Positions 36,404-46,683 are shown, counted from the stretch's first letter. The stretch is DNA of 64,000 nucleotides from a virus (IMGVR_UViG_3300025018_000098:32001-96000), one strand, 5' to 3'. The notes: generated by a model not told the origin, from the letters alone. Translations and numbers: made by a program.

Positions 36404-39400
36404 CTGCTCCTCAAGCCGGTCGTCGTGACCCGGTTCAGAAGCACGGTGCCGCTGATGAAGCGCTGGACCCGACTTCCGGTGTTTACGAAGTCCCGCACCA
36501 CGGTGGCGCGAACCCGCCTGTCGATCTCGTGATAGACGACGACGAAGACGGGCGATGTTCTCCCGACGGTGCTGGAATCCACGGCATATACAGATGTCGC
36601 ACCACTCTTTCGAAGCACGTCAATGAGGTCCCCCACCTCGAGTTCGAAGTCGGGGTCTACCGCGTCCAACGCCTTTGCGATGGCCCTTACGGACTCAGCC
36701 TCCGCAGGCCCCCCAACGTACACCCAGTTCAGGTTCACGTAGTTGGGCAATAGGTGCCGCACCAAGATCTCTTCGTTGACCACTCGGTTGAGGGTGGAGT
36801 CCGCGAAGCTCTGGATTTCGTCCACCAGCAGGGACCTATCATAGACGACACGTACGTTCTGTCGGCTCATCTGCACAGACTCGGTCGGGCTATCTGAGGA
36901 TCCTACGAGCAGGATGGTGCGGCTGATCTCTGCGTGGAGCACCTCGGCCCGGCTGTAGCTGGTCACCTCGTTGCCTGTGGACAGGCGGTAGCCATCTGAC
37001 TCGTGACCCTGGATGGTCATGGCGATCCCAGACCCGATGTTGTACTGGTCCCCGGGGGCCATGGATAGGAGCTCCACATCGATGTAGTAGAGACTCGTCT
37101 CGTCCGTGTTGTCGTTCATCTCGGTAGATGAGACGCGCTGCACATACCGTCGAATGGAGTACTGAGCATCCGCCTGTGTGGCGCTTGCCGTGTAGTTGAA
37201 CAGCTCCAGGATGGTGGTGTTAGTCACCTCCTGGATGACGTACACCTCGGCGTCTGGGTGCTGGTTCGTGCCTGCGCTCAATCCGAGTGCCGCGAGGCCC
37301 GTGCTCGTATCCAAGACGGTGAGCTCGTCGTCGACCACAAGGGTGAGCTCGTCTGACACCGAGATCGTAGCGATCTCCTGTCCGACTTGAGCATTGATGT
37401 AGTCCCTCAAGTCGGAGAACGCTGTGTAGTCCGTAGGGAAGTTGATCGTGATCGTTGGGTTGTCTCGTCCGATCCGAAGAACCAGGCTCAAACCGCTAAC
37501 AAGCACAGGTGATGTGAGGGCCGCGGAGACGACAGGGATGAACTTCAGCTCCAACAAGTCCCCGGCCTGAATACCCAAGGCAAAGAAGTCCGCGTCGGCA
37601 TCCACGAAGGTGCCTGTGGCGATCGTGCTGCTTCCGGTACGGGGCAGCACTGTGGATGGCGGGGCGGGCACTAGGGTGCGCTGCAGGTCCGGGTCCGGGC
37701 GGTATACCAATGTCGCCCCATCGACCAGCGTCTCAAATCGAGTGGTGGCGTAGAGGAAGTTGGCGCTCGTGGGATCCAGGAAGTACACCCGAGCAGACCC
37801 AATCGAAGGGCGTCCTATGCGGATACGCGCCCCCACCTCGGGCAGCAGTGGGGTCATCTCGTAGGGCAGGAACGTGTTGGGGGGTCCGAAGGGTCCCGCA
37901 CCCACCTTGACCACATCATCAATGTCCTGTGCTGTACTTCCCCACGGGACACCCGCCAGGTCTGACGCAACAAGGACTCGATCCGACCCTGTGTTGTTCC
38001 CGGACACGAACTCGATCAAGTCGCCTAGTCGAACCCGCAGACTCGCAGCTCCTGCAGGAGGCAGCACACGGACATCCGCGTTGGAGCTCGGGCGCAGAGG
38101 GCTAGAGCTCCAACCCAGGGGAGTCCCGTCTGTAGCGCTTGCCAATAGCACGTAGGCTGAGGTGACCCCGACGTAGTCTTGGCCGTTGTACGTCAGAACG
38201 ACCGCTCGAGCGTAGTCCGTGAAGGGGTTCCCCCCTACGGTGGACCCGTTGATTTCGGACGCAATCTGGGCCGCGGTACGCGCACCAGAAGTCAGCGGGA
38301 CAGATGCAGTGCCTAGTGACGCCAAGTACCTCGCCGCGGGGTTGCGGAAGACCAAGGACAGCGTGTTGCCCACGCCAATGGTGTACCCGGCAGTGGTTGT
38401 TGGAACACCAGAGGACACAAGCCCGATGACTGCGCCTCCGTCGTACAAGAAGCCAGAGCTCTCGTTTTGGAAGGACTTGGTGATGGCCACGACTGGGTCC
38501 CGGTAGGGGATCTTGGTACCTACGGGAGCTCCGGTGGTGTCCAGCAGCTCCATCGCCGTGACGCGTACCACCGGGGTAGCCACAGATTCACTTGCCCGGA
38601 ATAGCTGAAACACAATACCGCTGCCCGTTCGCGGGAGCTCAGGGTTCACCGTCAACGTCACGGCTGCGACCGAGATGACCGTGTAGTCCCCCCCTGCAGC
38701 GTCGTCCTGGACACGAAGAACATCGCCCGACTGCACATTGGCATCGATGAAGTTGGTGCTGCCCAGTGTAGTCACGATGGTGCTGCCTGCCGCAATGACG
38801 AGGTCAGCCCCTTCGGTCTTGATCTCCTTGGGCTCCGTCAGCTCGGTGTCGATCTCATCGACCACACGCCAACTCAAGTTCGACTGAGTCCCGCTCATGT
38901 CGGCTTCAATCAGCAGGGCCCCAGCACTCACCAAGTAGATGCGGTATGACCCGGCGTCTACACCCTCCTCCAGGATGACGGACATGCCCGCACGAACACC
39001 GAGGGCGACGAGGTCCCCGCCAGGCACGTCATTGACCGTGAGGACGTTTGAGCTCGCCACCGTCTCAACGTCGAACCCCCGGGCTAGCGGACTCTCATCA
39101 GTCAGCGACGTGATCTGTGCTGACTCCTCTTGGAAGCCTCCGGCCACGTAGACGTCCGTTTTGCCGCCGATGTGGACAGTGTCGTCCTCGAGCACTAGCT
39201 GCCCGTCTACCGTGTCCGGAAGGGTGATACCCCCAGGGATATCCGATACGGTGAGCCTCTTCCGACGCAAGGCCCAAGACACCCCGGAGAGGCCGATGGG
39301 AAGGTCATCCTCAATAAGAACCTGTGTCGCTGAGAGTACGGACACGATTCGAAAGTCTCGGTAGACGAACGTACCATCCACGAAGGACATCGACAGGTAG

Positions 39401-40416
39401 AAGGGCCCTGGGTCAGAACCTACAGAGGCCACTCGAGTGGTAAACATCCCTGTCGCGGATTCTACGACTCTCGTTCGAAGATCCCCATCTAGGTCATCAG
39501 GGAAGGTTGCATCATTCCCATAGGCACTGCCGAGATCGTCGTCGTCCAAGATGGTGCCCATGCCCCCGCCGCGGATAATGTCTCGACGCATCTCGGGATC
39601 TCGGAACCCGATGACCTGCAGCTTACGCAGTGAGGGAAAGTTGTCCCCCAGCTCGGAGGTGATACCTCGAGCTACCGTGAGGGTCTTGTCCCCCTGCTTG
39701 CGCTCCGTACGGCTGACAAACTCCAGCGAACCCTCTCGGGTAGTGCCATCGGCGAATCGCCGCAGGTTGGTCACTCGAGAGGACGTCGCGAAGTTGGAGA
39801 TGGATACGACCTGCCCCGAGTCGATGTTGTACTCGCTGCCACGCTTCTCGGCCGTGTAGTTGATATCGAAGTAGTACTCCGTACCCTCAATGTTGAGCAT
39901 CATCTGCTCAGCCGTGATCTGTTGAGGGAACGTGGGGAAATAGCGAAGGCCTCCTCGGGTTGTTGCCGGGTTCGCGATCGTCGCCAGCACGGAGCGAGGA
40001 GATGTGAAGTAGGCTCGAACCACCCCTCGAGCGAACCCGCCACCCTGGCGGGTCTCAAAGAAGTTCGTCATCAAGGCGTCGATCTCACCATCAGAAAGAG
40101 CATCGGCGTTCTTCAGACTGCTGCGCAACTTGATGAGCTTCACCTCACGGGCGACGGGCTCGATGAGTACCGTCATGGGCATGATGAGCGTATCGTAGAG
40201 AGCGTCCACCTCTGTGATGCCCAAGTGTGGGTACGCCTGCTGGATGCGGGTACGTACAAAGACGTCGATGTCCTCGTCGAAGGGATCCACTCCAATCCGG
40301 TCAAGGATGGGCTGGATCAAACGAGTCTGGGCATTACTCCCATCTGAGAGATCCACGTCCGGGTTCCAACGCGACACAAGATCCGTCAGGAAGGTTTTGA
40401 GGTCAGAGGCCGCCAT
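36400..40416 (-). CDS. Baseplate J/gp6-like wedge protein with inserted repeat domains
   Basis: FFETRQGGGFARGVVRAYF, AEKRGSEYNI, VTN...F.DG..RE, HIGGKTDVYV. Confidence 0.75.
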   Translation of the reverse strand: MAASDLKTFLTDLVSRWNPDVDLSDGSNAQTRLIQPILDRIGVDPFDEDIDVFVRTRIQQAYPHLGITEVDALYDTLIMPMTVLIEPVAREVKLIKLRSSLKNADALSDGEIDALMTNFFETRQGGGFARGVVRAYFTSPRSVLATIANPATTRGGLRYFPTFPQQITAEQMMLNIEGTEYYFDINYTAEKRGSEYNIDSGQVVSISNFATSSRVTNLRRFADGTTREGSLEFVSRTERKQGDKTLTVARGITSELGDNFPSLRKLQVIGFRDPEMRRDIIRGGGMGTILDDDDLGSAYGNDATFPDDLDGDLRTRVVESATGMFTTRVASVGSDPGPFYLSMSFVDGTFVYRDFRIVSVLSATQVLIEDDLPIGLSGVSWALRRKRLTVSDIPGGITLPDTVDGQLVLEDDTVHIGGKTDVYVAGGFQEESAQITSLTDESPLARGFDVETVASSNVLTVNDVPGGDLVALGVRAGMSVILEEGVDAGSYRIYLVSAGALLIEADMSGTQSNLSWRVVDEIDTELTEPKEIKTEGADLVIAAGSTIVTTLGSTNFIDANVQSGDVLRVQDDAAGGDYTVISVAAVTLTVNPELPRTGSGIVFQLFRASESVATPVVRVTAMELLDTTGAPVGTKIPYRDPVVAITKSFQNESSGFLYDGGAVIGLVSSGVPTTTAGYTIGVGNTLSLVFRNPAARYLASLGTASVPLTSGARTAAQIASEINGSTVGGNPFTDYARAVVLTYNGQDYVGVTSAYVLLASATDGTPLGWSSSPLRPSSNADVRVLPPAGAASLRVRLGDLIEFVSGNNTGSDRVLVASDLAGVPWGSTAQDIDDVVKVGAGPFGPPNTFLPYEMTPLLPEVGARIRIGRPSIGSARVYFLDPTSANFLYATTRFETLVDGATLVYRPDPDLQRTLVPAPPSTVLPRTGSSTIATGTFVDADADFFALGIQAGDLLELKFIPVVSAALTSPVLVSGLSLVLRIGRDNPTITINFPTDYTAFSDLRDYINAQVGQEIATISVSDELTLVVDDELTVLDTSTGLAALGLSAGTNQHPDAEVYVIQEVTNTTILELFNYTASATQADAQYSIRRYVQRVSSTEMNDNTDETSLYYIDVELLSMAPGDQYNIGSGIAMTIQGHESDGYRLSTGNEVTSYSRAEVLHAEISRTILLVGSSDSPTESVQMSRQNVRVVYDRSLLVDEIQSFADSTLNRVVNEEILVRHLLPNYVNLNWVYVGGPAEAESVRAIAKALDAVDPDFELEVGDLIDVLRKSGATSVYAVDSSTVGRTSPVFVVVYHEIDRRVRATVVRDFVNTGSRVQRFISGTVLLNRVTTTGLRSS

Positions 40417-40419
40417 GGT

Positions 40420-41079
40420 TCATCCTGTGAGGGTAGCGATAGCGCGCCTACCGGCGTGCGTAGTGAGAGAGACGGAGAGGTAGATGGCCCCGTTCTGTGG
40501 GTCCATGTTCAAGTTCACCACCTCAGCGTTGAGGAGACGCTCGTCTGGTGGGATCGAACGGCCATAGCCGGACTGTACTCCGATGATGTACTGCCGTGTT
40601 CGACTAACCGCCACCGCGGCGTCAGAAGCCACTAGATCCCGCCCGCTGGTAGTGAGCGTCGACCCCACGAGGCGAAGCATGCCTCCGCCGCTGTTTGGCA
40701 CGAACACATTGCGTCCCCCGGTACGCAACAGCATGCGCAGGAAGTTCTGCATCAGCTTGACGATGCCTGTAGTCGAACGAGGGGACCCACCTACCGTAAA
40801 GGAGACCAGACTTCTCTCGGTGAGTGTGAGCTGGTTCGAGAGCACAAAGACGTCAGTGATGGGGGATAGGCTCAGCACGCTCGGCACCTGCGCCAAGATC
40901 TTGTTGGGGGCGTAGTGGACGAACTCTGGGGATTCGAGACCGTTGAAGATAACCTTCTCGACGGAGGTAAAATCCTCCCCGGTCAGAATGAGAGCTCGAG
41001 GTACCACCCCCACGGCTTCTTCGATGTAGCTGACATTGACCACATCCGACATGCGGATGACCTGGAAGTCCTGTGACAT
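40420..41079 (-). CDS. gp25-like baseplate protein with N-terminal IPT/TIG-like domain
   Basis: GIVKLMQNFLRMLL..G......GGG; PPDERL; upstream of baseplate J. Confidence 0.65.
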   Translation of the reverse strand: MSQDFQVIRMSDVVNVSYIEEAVGVVPRALILTGEDFTSVEKVIFNGLESPEFVHYAPNKILAQVPSVLSLSPITDVFVLSNQLTLTERSLVSFTVGGSPRSTTGIVKLMQNFLRMLLRTGGRNVFVPNSGGGMLRLVGSTLTTSGRDLVASDAAVAVSRTRQYIIGVQSGYGRSIPPDERLLNAEVVNLNMDPQNGAIYLSVSLTTHAGRRAIATLTG

Positions 41080-41420
41080 CAGGTGCCTCCCCCTGAGGGC
41101 GTGTTCACATCCTCAGCAGTGTCTGCCGTACGGAAGAGATCTGGAGACGTCTCCTTGATCCCATCGATGACCGAGTCTAAGTCCAACTTGATCTTCTCCA
41201 CCCGCGCCAACTTACTGAGCCGGGTGCCTCCTTGGGTCTCCCCCTCGATCAACTCAATCTGCTGGTCGATGAGCTCCTCGAGGGTGATCGAAGCAAAGCT
41301 CGTACTGATCTCAGACGCACGCAGAGCGTTCACAGCCGCGGATACCACGGTTCGGTAGTGCCGTAGTTGCTCCTTCGACTGTTCTCGTGCAGTAGCCTGG
41401 GGGTTGGGTTGCTCTGGCAT
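41079..41420 (-). CDS. Hypothetical helical protein, 113 aa
   Basis: Start placed at ATG 41420, 6 nt after TGG-TAAGGT. Confidence 0.65.
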   Translation of the reverse strand: MPEQPNPQATAREQSKEQLRHYRTVVSAAVNALRASEISTSFASITLEELIDQQIELIEGETQGGTRLSKLARVEKIKLDLDSVIDGIKETSPDLFRTADTAEDVNTPSGGGT

Positions 41421-41426
41421 CGGCAA

Positions 41427-41435
41427 ACCTTACCA
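41427..41435 (-). promoter_or_regulatory. Class B extended -10 (TGGTAAGGT)
   Basis: 6-nt spacer to ATG 41420. Confidence 0.65.
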
Positions 41436-41439
41436 CGCA

Positions 41440-43971
41440 TCAACCCCGGTTGTCGGCATCCGGAACATTGGACGTGCCAGGCTCCACAGCCTGGGTGGAC
41501 ACAATATCGACGCTGTCGAAGGGGTTCCCTCGAGCGCCCAACCGCTTCGACATGGGCAGGAGCTCTCTTCCCGCATCCGCCACGGCCCGCACCAGGTTGG
41601 TTGAATAGGAGACTGCATCCTTCGGCATCGTGAAGAACGTAGACAACTCCAGCGCCACGAGGAGGTCCAAGGCCCTGTTCATGCCCTGCTCGGCCAACAT
41701 GTTGAGCGCGTTCTTGATGACCCGCTCCTCAGGCACTACATAGGCGTCCAGATAGTCGGACAAGGTGCTCAAGGCTGCCTCGTAGGCAGCGAGGGTGGCC
41801 TGCTGCCCCACGGTGACAGAGTTCCCCCGAATGACCCGACTAATGATCTCGTCAACGCTGCGTAGGCTGCTGTTCGTCGCAAGCCACACGAGAAGCTGGC
41901 CCGCCAGCGTCTGCCAGTTGAGGTACTTGGTGCTGATGAGCGTGAAGGGCATAGCAACCCCGGGCAGCTCGATCCCCGGACTGAACGTGACAGCTGTCTT
42001 GCTGACCGAAGTCAGCAGCTGGTCCGCCTCTCCTGCGATACGGAGTGTGTCCCCCACACGTACCCCTCGAGCGGGTAGATTCCCCAGCGCGACGGTGCCT
42101 GTGCGCCCGGTCGCGGTGATTGGCCCAGCTGGAGCAGAGAAGAAACTCGAGAGGGCTGTACCTCCAGTGACCTCCAACGAAGAGGAACCTGGAGCAGATA
42201 GCTTGAGGTACGACGTGTAGAAGTCACCCTGAGCAAAGGTGAACACTGGTGGGGGCGTGGTCGTCTGCAGAAGGCTGCCAAAGCTAGATAGGCATCGGTA
42301 CAGACCACTCACTTGGGAGTCTTCTGCCTGCACCTGTGCCAAGGTATTCTCGAGAGCAGCCGCGGACACCGTGGTGACCCCGTACCTCGTCGAGTAGGTA
42401 CGATCTGCGTTTACATCCAGCGTGAGGGTGTTCCCCACCACGGACAAGATGTTCCCGAAGGTGTCGCCTGCAAGATCTTTGCGAGGGATCAGAAGGATCT
42501 GGCCCGCTACAACACCGAGCGCCTGTAGATCGACCGTAGCTACTGCAGTTGGGCTGCCCGCACTGAGTGAAATGCTCACTCCCACGTAGTCCAGTACGGC
42601 GAACCCGAGGCCCGGTATCACAGCCAACGGGTAGGTGCCCAGCTCCGTACGAACCTCCTCTGCGATAACCTCCGGGCCATACTCATCTGAGATGTGCTCA
42701 GCAATGGTGTCCACAGGCACCGGAGTCCCCAGGGCATATGCGTTACTCGGAGCGAACTGAGAGATGAACAGGATCTCGTCTGTACTGGTCGCAAGCAGAT
42801 GCACCGAGGCCCCGTCTACGGCTGCTGAGCTGTAGTAAAGAGAGTCTCCGGACGCGATCACCTGCAGCCCGGCAACAAGACCGTTCAGGTAGCTGGCCAG
42901 CGCAGGCAGATCTGCGTACGGACCTCCGGCCAGTGCTACTGCAGTGGGGGAGCCCCCGTTCAGCGAAACACGTAGTATCTCCGTAGTGGGGGTGTACGGG
43001 AAGCCGACGGTCACCGTACCTCCGTCGAGAATGGCCTCTGCGGTACTCGGCAGCTGCAGGGTCTGTGCCGCAGGCAGGGCGATGTCGAGGGTGCTTCCCT
43101 CCTCATAGAGAGCAGGCCCAGAGACGTCCCCAACAAGAGCTGGAGCCACATCCGGAGACGTGATGCTCATGGTCGCCGAGTCACTCCTCTCGAGTGTTCG
43201 TACGAGGGTTGGGATGCGAAACTGGCTGGCCTGTGTGAGGATGGACCTCTGGGCAAGAAGATCTAGTAAGGTCTCTCGAGCTTGGCCTAGATTGTCCGAG
43301 GACTCCATGACCGTCTTTGCGGCAAGGAGTCCTGAGGAGATGCGTCCAACGATGTCTCTGACCGACTTCTCCGGGAGCTGGATGGAGGTCAAGCGGGACA
43401 CGGCCTCCTGAACAGCCGCGGCTCGAGTTGTGATAGTACTGTGCCGCGGCCCTGCCTCAGCCCACCGCACACGGACGCGCTCGCGGATCTCTTGGGGGGT
43501 CTCTACAATCGCCCCGCTCGCCACCACGTTCGGGCGGAGTTGGGATGCGGCGAAGCGGTCGATGGACCGTTGAAAACGCACCACGGCGGGGCCAATGGAG
43601 CTCGAGATGCCCTGACTGCTTCGGCGCGAGTTCAGGCCAGCGTTGAGCTCAAGCAGAGCGGCCTGGGCATTCGTGAGCTCTGTCGTGTCCTCGATCAGCT
43701 GGGTACGGCGACCAAGCCCACCAATCAAGGAGTTGATGGCCTGCACATCCTGGTACTGCCTCTTTACGAAGGAGTTCAGCTTATTGGTCGAGAGCCAGAC
43801 GAGGTAGAAGTACGAGTCCGGACGCATCAGCAGGGCCGTGGTCAACAGGTCGTACACCTCATCCCGCATAGCCAGCGTGTCCCGAGCACCTGTGGGCGTC
43901 TTCGTGGTGGCTACCGCAGTTATGAGGTACTTGTCTACTGCAGCTTGGATCTCTTCGGAGGTGAAGCCCAT
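41440..43971 (-). CDS. Virion structural protein, 843 aa (baseplate-associated)
   Basis: Helical termini, beta-rich middle sharing GVxxGD modules with baseplate proteins. Confidence 0.6.
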   Translation of the reverse strand: MGFTSEEIQAAVDKYLITAVATTKTPTGARDTLAMRDEVYDLLTTALLMRPDSYFYLVWLSTNKLNSFVKRQYQDVQAINSLIGGLGRRTQLIEDTTELTNAQAALLELNAGLNSRRSSQGISSSIGPAVVRFQRSIDRFAASQLRPNVVASGAIVETPQEIRERVRVRWAEAGPRHSTITTRAAAVQEAVSRLTSIQLPEKSVRDIVGRISSGLLAAKTVMESSDNLGQARETLLDLLAQRSILTQASQFRIPTLVRTLERSDSATMSITSPDVAPALVGDVSGPALYEEGSTLDIALPAAQTLQLPSTAEAILDGGTVTVGFPYTPTTEILRVSLNGGSPTAVALAGGPYADLPALASYLNGLVAGLQVIASGDSLYYSSAAVDGASVHLLATSTDEILFISQFAPSNAYALGTPVPVDTIAEHISDEYGPEVIAEEVRTELGTYPLAVIPGLGFAVLDYVGVSISLSAGSPTAVATVDLQALGVVAGQILLIPRKDLAGDTFGNILSVVGNTLTLDVNADRTYSTRYGVTTVSAAALENTLAQVQAEDSQVSGLYRCLSSFGSLLQTTTPPPVFTFAQGDFYTSYLKLSAPGSSSLEVTGGTALSSFFSAPAGPITATGRTGTVALGNLPARGVRVGDTLRIAGEADQLLTSVSKTAVTFSPGIELPGVAMPFTLISTKYLNWQTLAGQLLVWLATNSSLRSVDEIISRVIRGNSVTVGQQATLAAYEAALSTLSDYLDAYVVPEERVIKNALNMLAEQGMNRALDLLVALELSTFFTMPKDAVSYSTNLVRAVADAGRELLPMSKRLGARGNPFDSVDIVSTQAVEPGTSNVPDADNRG

Positions 43972-44321
43972 CAGTCCTCTGACTCAATCCGACGATTGAT
44001 CTTGGACAAGTCCCCTCGAGTGAGCCGGGCGCATGCCTTCCGCAGCGCAATGGGGTTTAGCCCCAGTTGTTCGCAGATGTAGCGGAAGGTCATGTTCTCC
44101 TCACCGTCCCAGAACAACCACCCAGCTGCGTCTATGGCCAGTGCATAGTAGGGATCGTCCTCTTTGTACTTACGGTACAGGACGAAGTCCCAGATAGCTC
44201 TGCGTAGGATGGCCAACAACAGGCGTCGGGTGGGGGTGGATCTAGCCTTAGGCTCCTCAGTCGCAGGCTCGACGGAGTACCCGTGAGAGCTACGTGACTG
44301 TGATGCTGGCAGGGCTTCCAT
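43971..44321 (-). CDS. Small helical protein, possible DNA-binding regulator
   Basis: RRLLLAILRRAIWD...AAGWLF...TFRYICEQLGLNPIALRK (HTH-like); start uncertain. Confidence 0.5.
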   Translation of the reverse strand: MEALPASQSRSSHGYSVEPATEEPKARSTPTRRLLLAILRRAIWDFVLYRKYKEDDPYYALAIDAAGWLFWDGEENMTFRYICEQLGLNPIALRKACARLTRGDLSKINRRIESED

Positions 44322-45207
44322 TGATCCCATTGTCGGGCAGTCGCACAAGAGAGGAGTCTCGTCTGGTTGCGGTAAGGGTAGTTGTTCCGGCCGCAAGCGC
44401 GGTGAGTACGAGGGTGCCTGCACTGACTGCGACTGAGGCGATAGTTGGGTCATCGATTTCATACTCTACATCACCTGACGCCGCGCCAGTCAATATCTGG
44501 TAGTTGGTTGCCGTAACAACCGGCGTGAGGTCAAGCGTATCCCCTACCGTAAGGGCGTATGCCGGTGCTGGGTCATACACCACGGACATCACTACTGGGA
44601 ACAAGATGTCGATGATACTCACTGCTGCCCGATCAGGCACAAGGATCTCTCGAGGCTCATTCTCGTGCCCCTCGATGATCACCTGGAAGCAGCCACCGCG
44701 ATAAAGGTCGATGGAGAAGTAGCCTTGCGCGTTGCTCCGGGCATGCACGCGCTCTCCCATGATTCCGTCGCCACCTGCGATGAGAGGACTGTACTGAGAG
44801 ACGAAGTGCACGTCTACTCCAGGGAGAGCCTGCCCGGTGACATCTCGGAAGTAGCCTGATGCGCGACACAACAGAGGGTCCACGGCCTCCGGCAACGTGA
44901 ACAGATGGATGGGCACCGCAAAGCTGTTGGTGCCTGTTGGAGATCCTGCCGGTGGGCTGTACACCTCGATCAGCATGGGGGATTCGATTGCTCCGCCGCT
45001 GTAGAAGAAGCGGAGTTGGTACGTATCCGGAGCCACCTCCCCGTTGAGAGTGAACTCTACGTGCCCTGGGTCCGCAGGGGCGCCAGTGGTCCCCGATGTG
45101 ATGAGCGTCGTTCCCGCTGCGTCGTACACGCGGACCACGACCCCATCCACGGGTACTGGGACCACATCATCTGTCTCTACTAGGATGTCGACGAGCTCAA
45201 GAGCCAT
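44290..45207 (-). CDS. Virion protein with prealbumin-like and Ig-like (Big_2) domains
   Basis: GYFRDVTGQALPGVDV, SNAQGYFSIDL; IDDPTIASV....LTALAAGTTTLTAT. Confidence 0.7.
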   Translation of the reverse strand: MALELVDILVETDDVVPVPVDGVVVRVYDAAGTTLITSGTTGAPADPGHVEFTLNGEVAPDTYQLRFFYSGGAIESPMLIEVYSPPAGSPTGTNSFAVPIHLFTLPEAVDPLLCRASGYFRDVTGQALPGVDVHFVSQYSPLIAGGDGIMGERVHARSNAQGYFSIDLYRGGCFQVIIEGHENEPREILVPDRAAVSIIDILFPVVMSVVYDPAPAYALTVGDTLDLTPVVTATNYQILTGAASGDVEYEIDDPTIASVAVSAGTLVLTALAAGTTTLTATRRDSSLVRLPDNGINGSPASITVT

Positions 45208-45217
45208 TGGATTTGCC

Positions 45218-45310
45218 TCACAGGAAACGCTTCAAAAGGAACCGGAATACGCTCTCATACCAGGAGTTGGGTTCCTCGTCCCAAGGATCCTCGTCCGGAG
45301 AGCGCCCCAT
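45218..45310 (-). CDS. Small peptide, 30 aa
   Basis: TAATG-coupled; MGRSPDEDPWDEEPNSWYESVFRFLLKRFL fills the intergenic gap. Confidence 0.5.
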   Translation of the reverse strand: MGRSPDEDPWDEEPNSWYESVFRFLLKRFL

Positions 45311-45708
45311 TAGCCGCGGTGCGCCGGTAGGTGTTTGTCAATCAGACGTTCGAGGCCCTGCTTACCCTTCAGGTACACAGGAGCCGCCAGGCTGCCCCCA
45401 GGAGCCGCGGCAAGCACAGCAACGTCCGGATGCCGCACAAGGCCCTCCGTCCCCTTCTTGAGGGCCTTGTTCAGCCTGGGGCTATTGACGAGCTTCTTGT
45501 CGAGAAGCCCATGGGCCTTATCGATGATCGGCTTCTGGGCACGACCTAGTCGGTCTGTGACTGCGTGCTGCAGCCCGGCGAGCTCCTGTGGACTCCGCTT
45601 CTTCATGAGCAGCCGCGGAGTCTTGGGGATGTCTGTGGCAACAAGGCGGACTAGCCTCTCGATGAGGGCCTGCTTAGCGAACGAGTGAAAGAGGTCGGGG
45701 TCAATCAT
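45310..45708 (-). CDS. Basic protein, 132 aa, putative internal head protein
   Basis: TAATG-coupled; N-terminal LFHSFAKQA resembles VFHSFSDELRKIA in the 54941 gene. Confidence 0.6.
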   Translation of the reverse strand: MIDPDLFHSFAKQALIERLVRLVATDIPKTPRLLMKKRSPQELAGLQHAVTDRLGRAQKPIIDKAHGLLDKKLVNSPRLNKALKKGTEGLVRHPDVAVLAAAPGGSLAAPVYLKGKQGLERLIDKHLPAHRG

Positions 45709-46658
45709 TAGCTCGTCCGAATGGCGTGGTTGATGCGAGGCTCCTGGATCCCGAACTCGTCTTGAGTGACGAGGCTCTCATCCAGAAGATCTACTGCGTC
45801 CCCAGTCGTGGGGATGGTGATCCGGCGCACGAAGCCCGTACCATCTACAACTACATCTAGGACCATGCCCCGAAGCAAGCGAACCTCGGCGTACCCGTTG
45901 CGATCCGTCCGCAGCTCCTTGGAGTGCCGAAAGACTCCCCAGCCCGCCACTTTGTTCGGAATGAACACGTTGTGCAGGGTCACTCGGCGGTCTGGGATCG
46001 GACACCCGGATAGGTCTGCCACTCGAAGGTAGGCCACGATGGTCTCTGATACAGGGATCCGCTGAGCGCTGTTCGCTGGAAACGGAACACTGAGCTCACT
46101 GTTTGCTCCGGTGCCTGTGTTCAGGAACTGTACCCTGTACCAAAAATCTTCGTCCGAGTTGCTGTCTGTGAGGAAGTACTCATGAGTGCCGGACACAAGC
46201 ACGGTGTCCTGGTCTGTGCCCACGGCCCCATCTTCTTCTACCAGACCGAACATCACGTTTGCGTCGCCGGCTAGTATTTCGATAGACGCCGAAGTGCCCG
46301 TAGTGGCTGTCGTCATGACCACGACGCCAGACACATCTGCAGCGGTCACTAGACCAGTGGCCCCCATGATCTGTGTCGCCACCTGGGCCGCTGTCAGGGG
46401 ATCCGTCCCGGCGAACACCACGTCCACCTGAGCAGCACCCACCAGGAAGCTGAGCGTGCGCCCCACAACCAGGTAACCCTCGGAACGCCCGAAGGTGAGT
46501 ACTGCGGACCCGGGCGCCGCCTCTGTGACTACCGAGTAGGTGCCGTCTTTGCCATCTCGGCTGCGGTACCAGCGTAGTCGATTGTACGTCAACAACGCCC
46601 CGGCGATGTCGCGCACGAAGTAGCTGAGCGTGATGGGGATGTTGGTGACCGTCGCCAT
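45708..46658 (-). CDS. Virion structural protein, 316 aa
   Basis: C-terminal DLSGCPIPD..TDRNGYAEVRLLRG domain paralogous to the 44290 gene. Confidence 0.7.
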   Translation of the reverse strand: MATVTNIPITLSYFVRDIAGALLTYNRLRWYRSRDGKDGTYSVVTEAAPGSAVLTFGRSEGYLVVGRTLSFLVGAAQVDVVFAGTDPLTAAQVATQIMGATGLVTAADVSGVVVMTTATTGTSASIEILAGDANVMFGLVEEDGAVGTDQDTVLVSGTHEYFLTDSNSDEDFWYRVQFLNTGTGANSELSVPFPANSAQRIPVSETIVAYLRVADLSGCPIPDRRVTLHNVFIPNKVAGWGVFRHSKELRTDRNGYAEVRLLRGMVLDVVVDGTGFVRRITIPTTGDAVDLLDESLVTQDEFGIQEPRINHAIRTS

Positions 46659-46664
46659 GGGCCG

Positions 46665-46673
46665 AGTCTACCA
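46665..46673 (-). promoter_or_regulatory. Class B extended -10 (TGGTAGACT)
   Basis: 6 nt before ATG 46658; no SD. Confidence 0.75.
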
Positions 46674-46683
46674 TATAGCAAAC

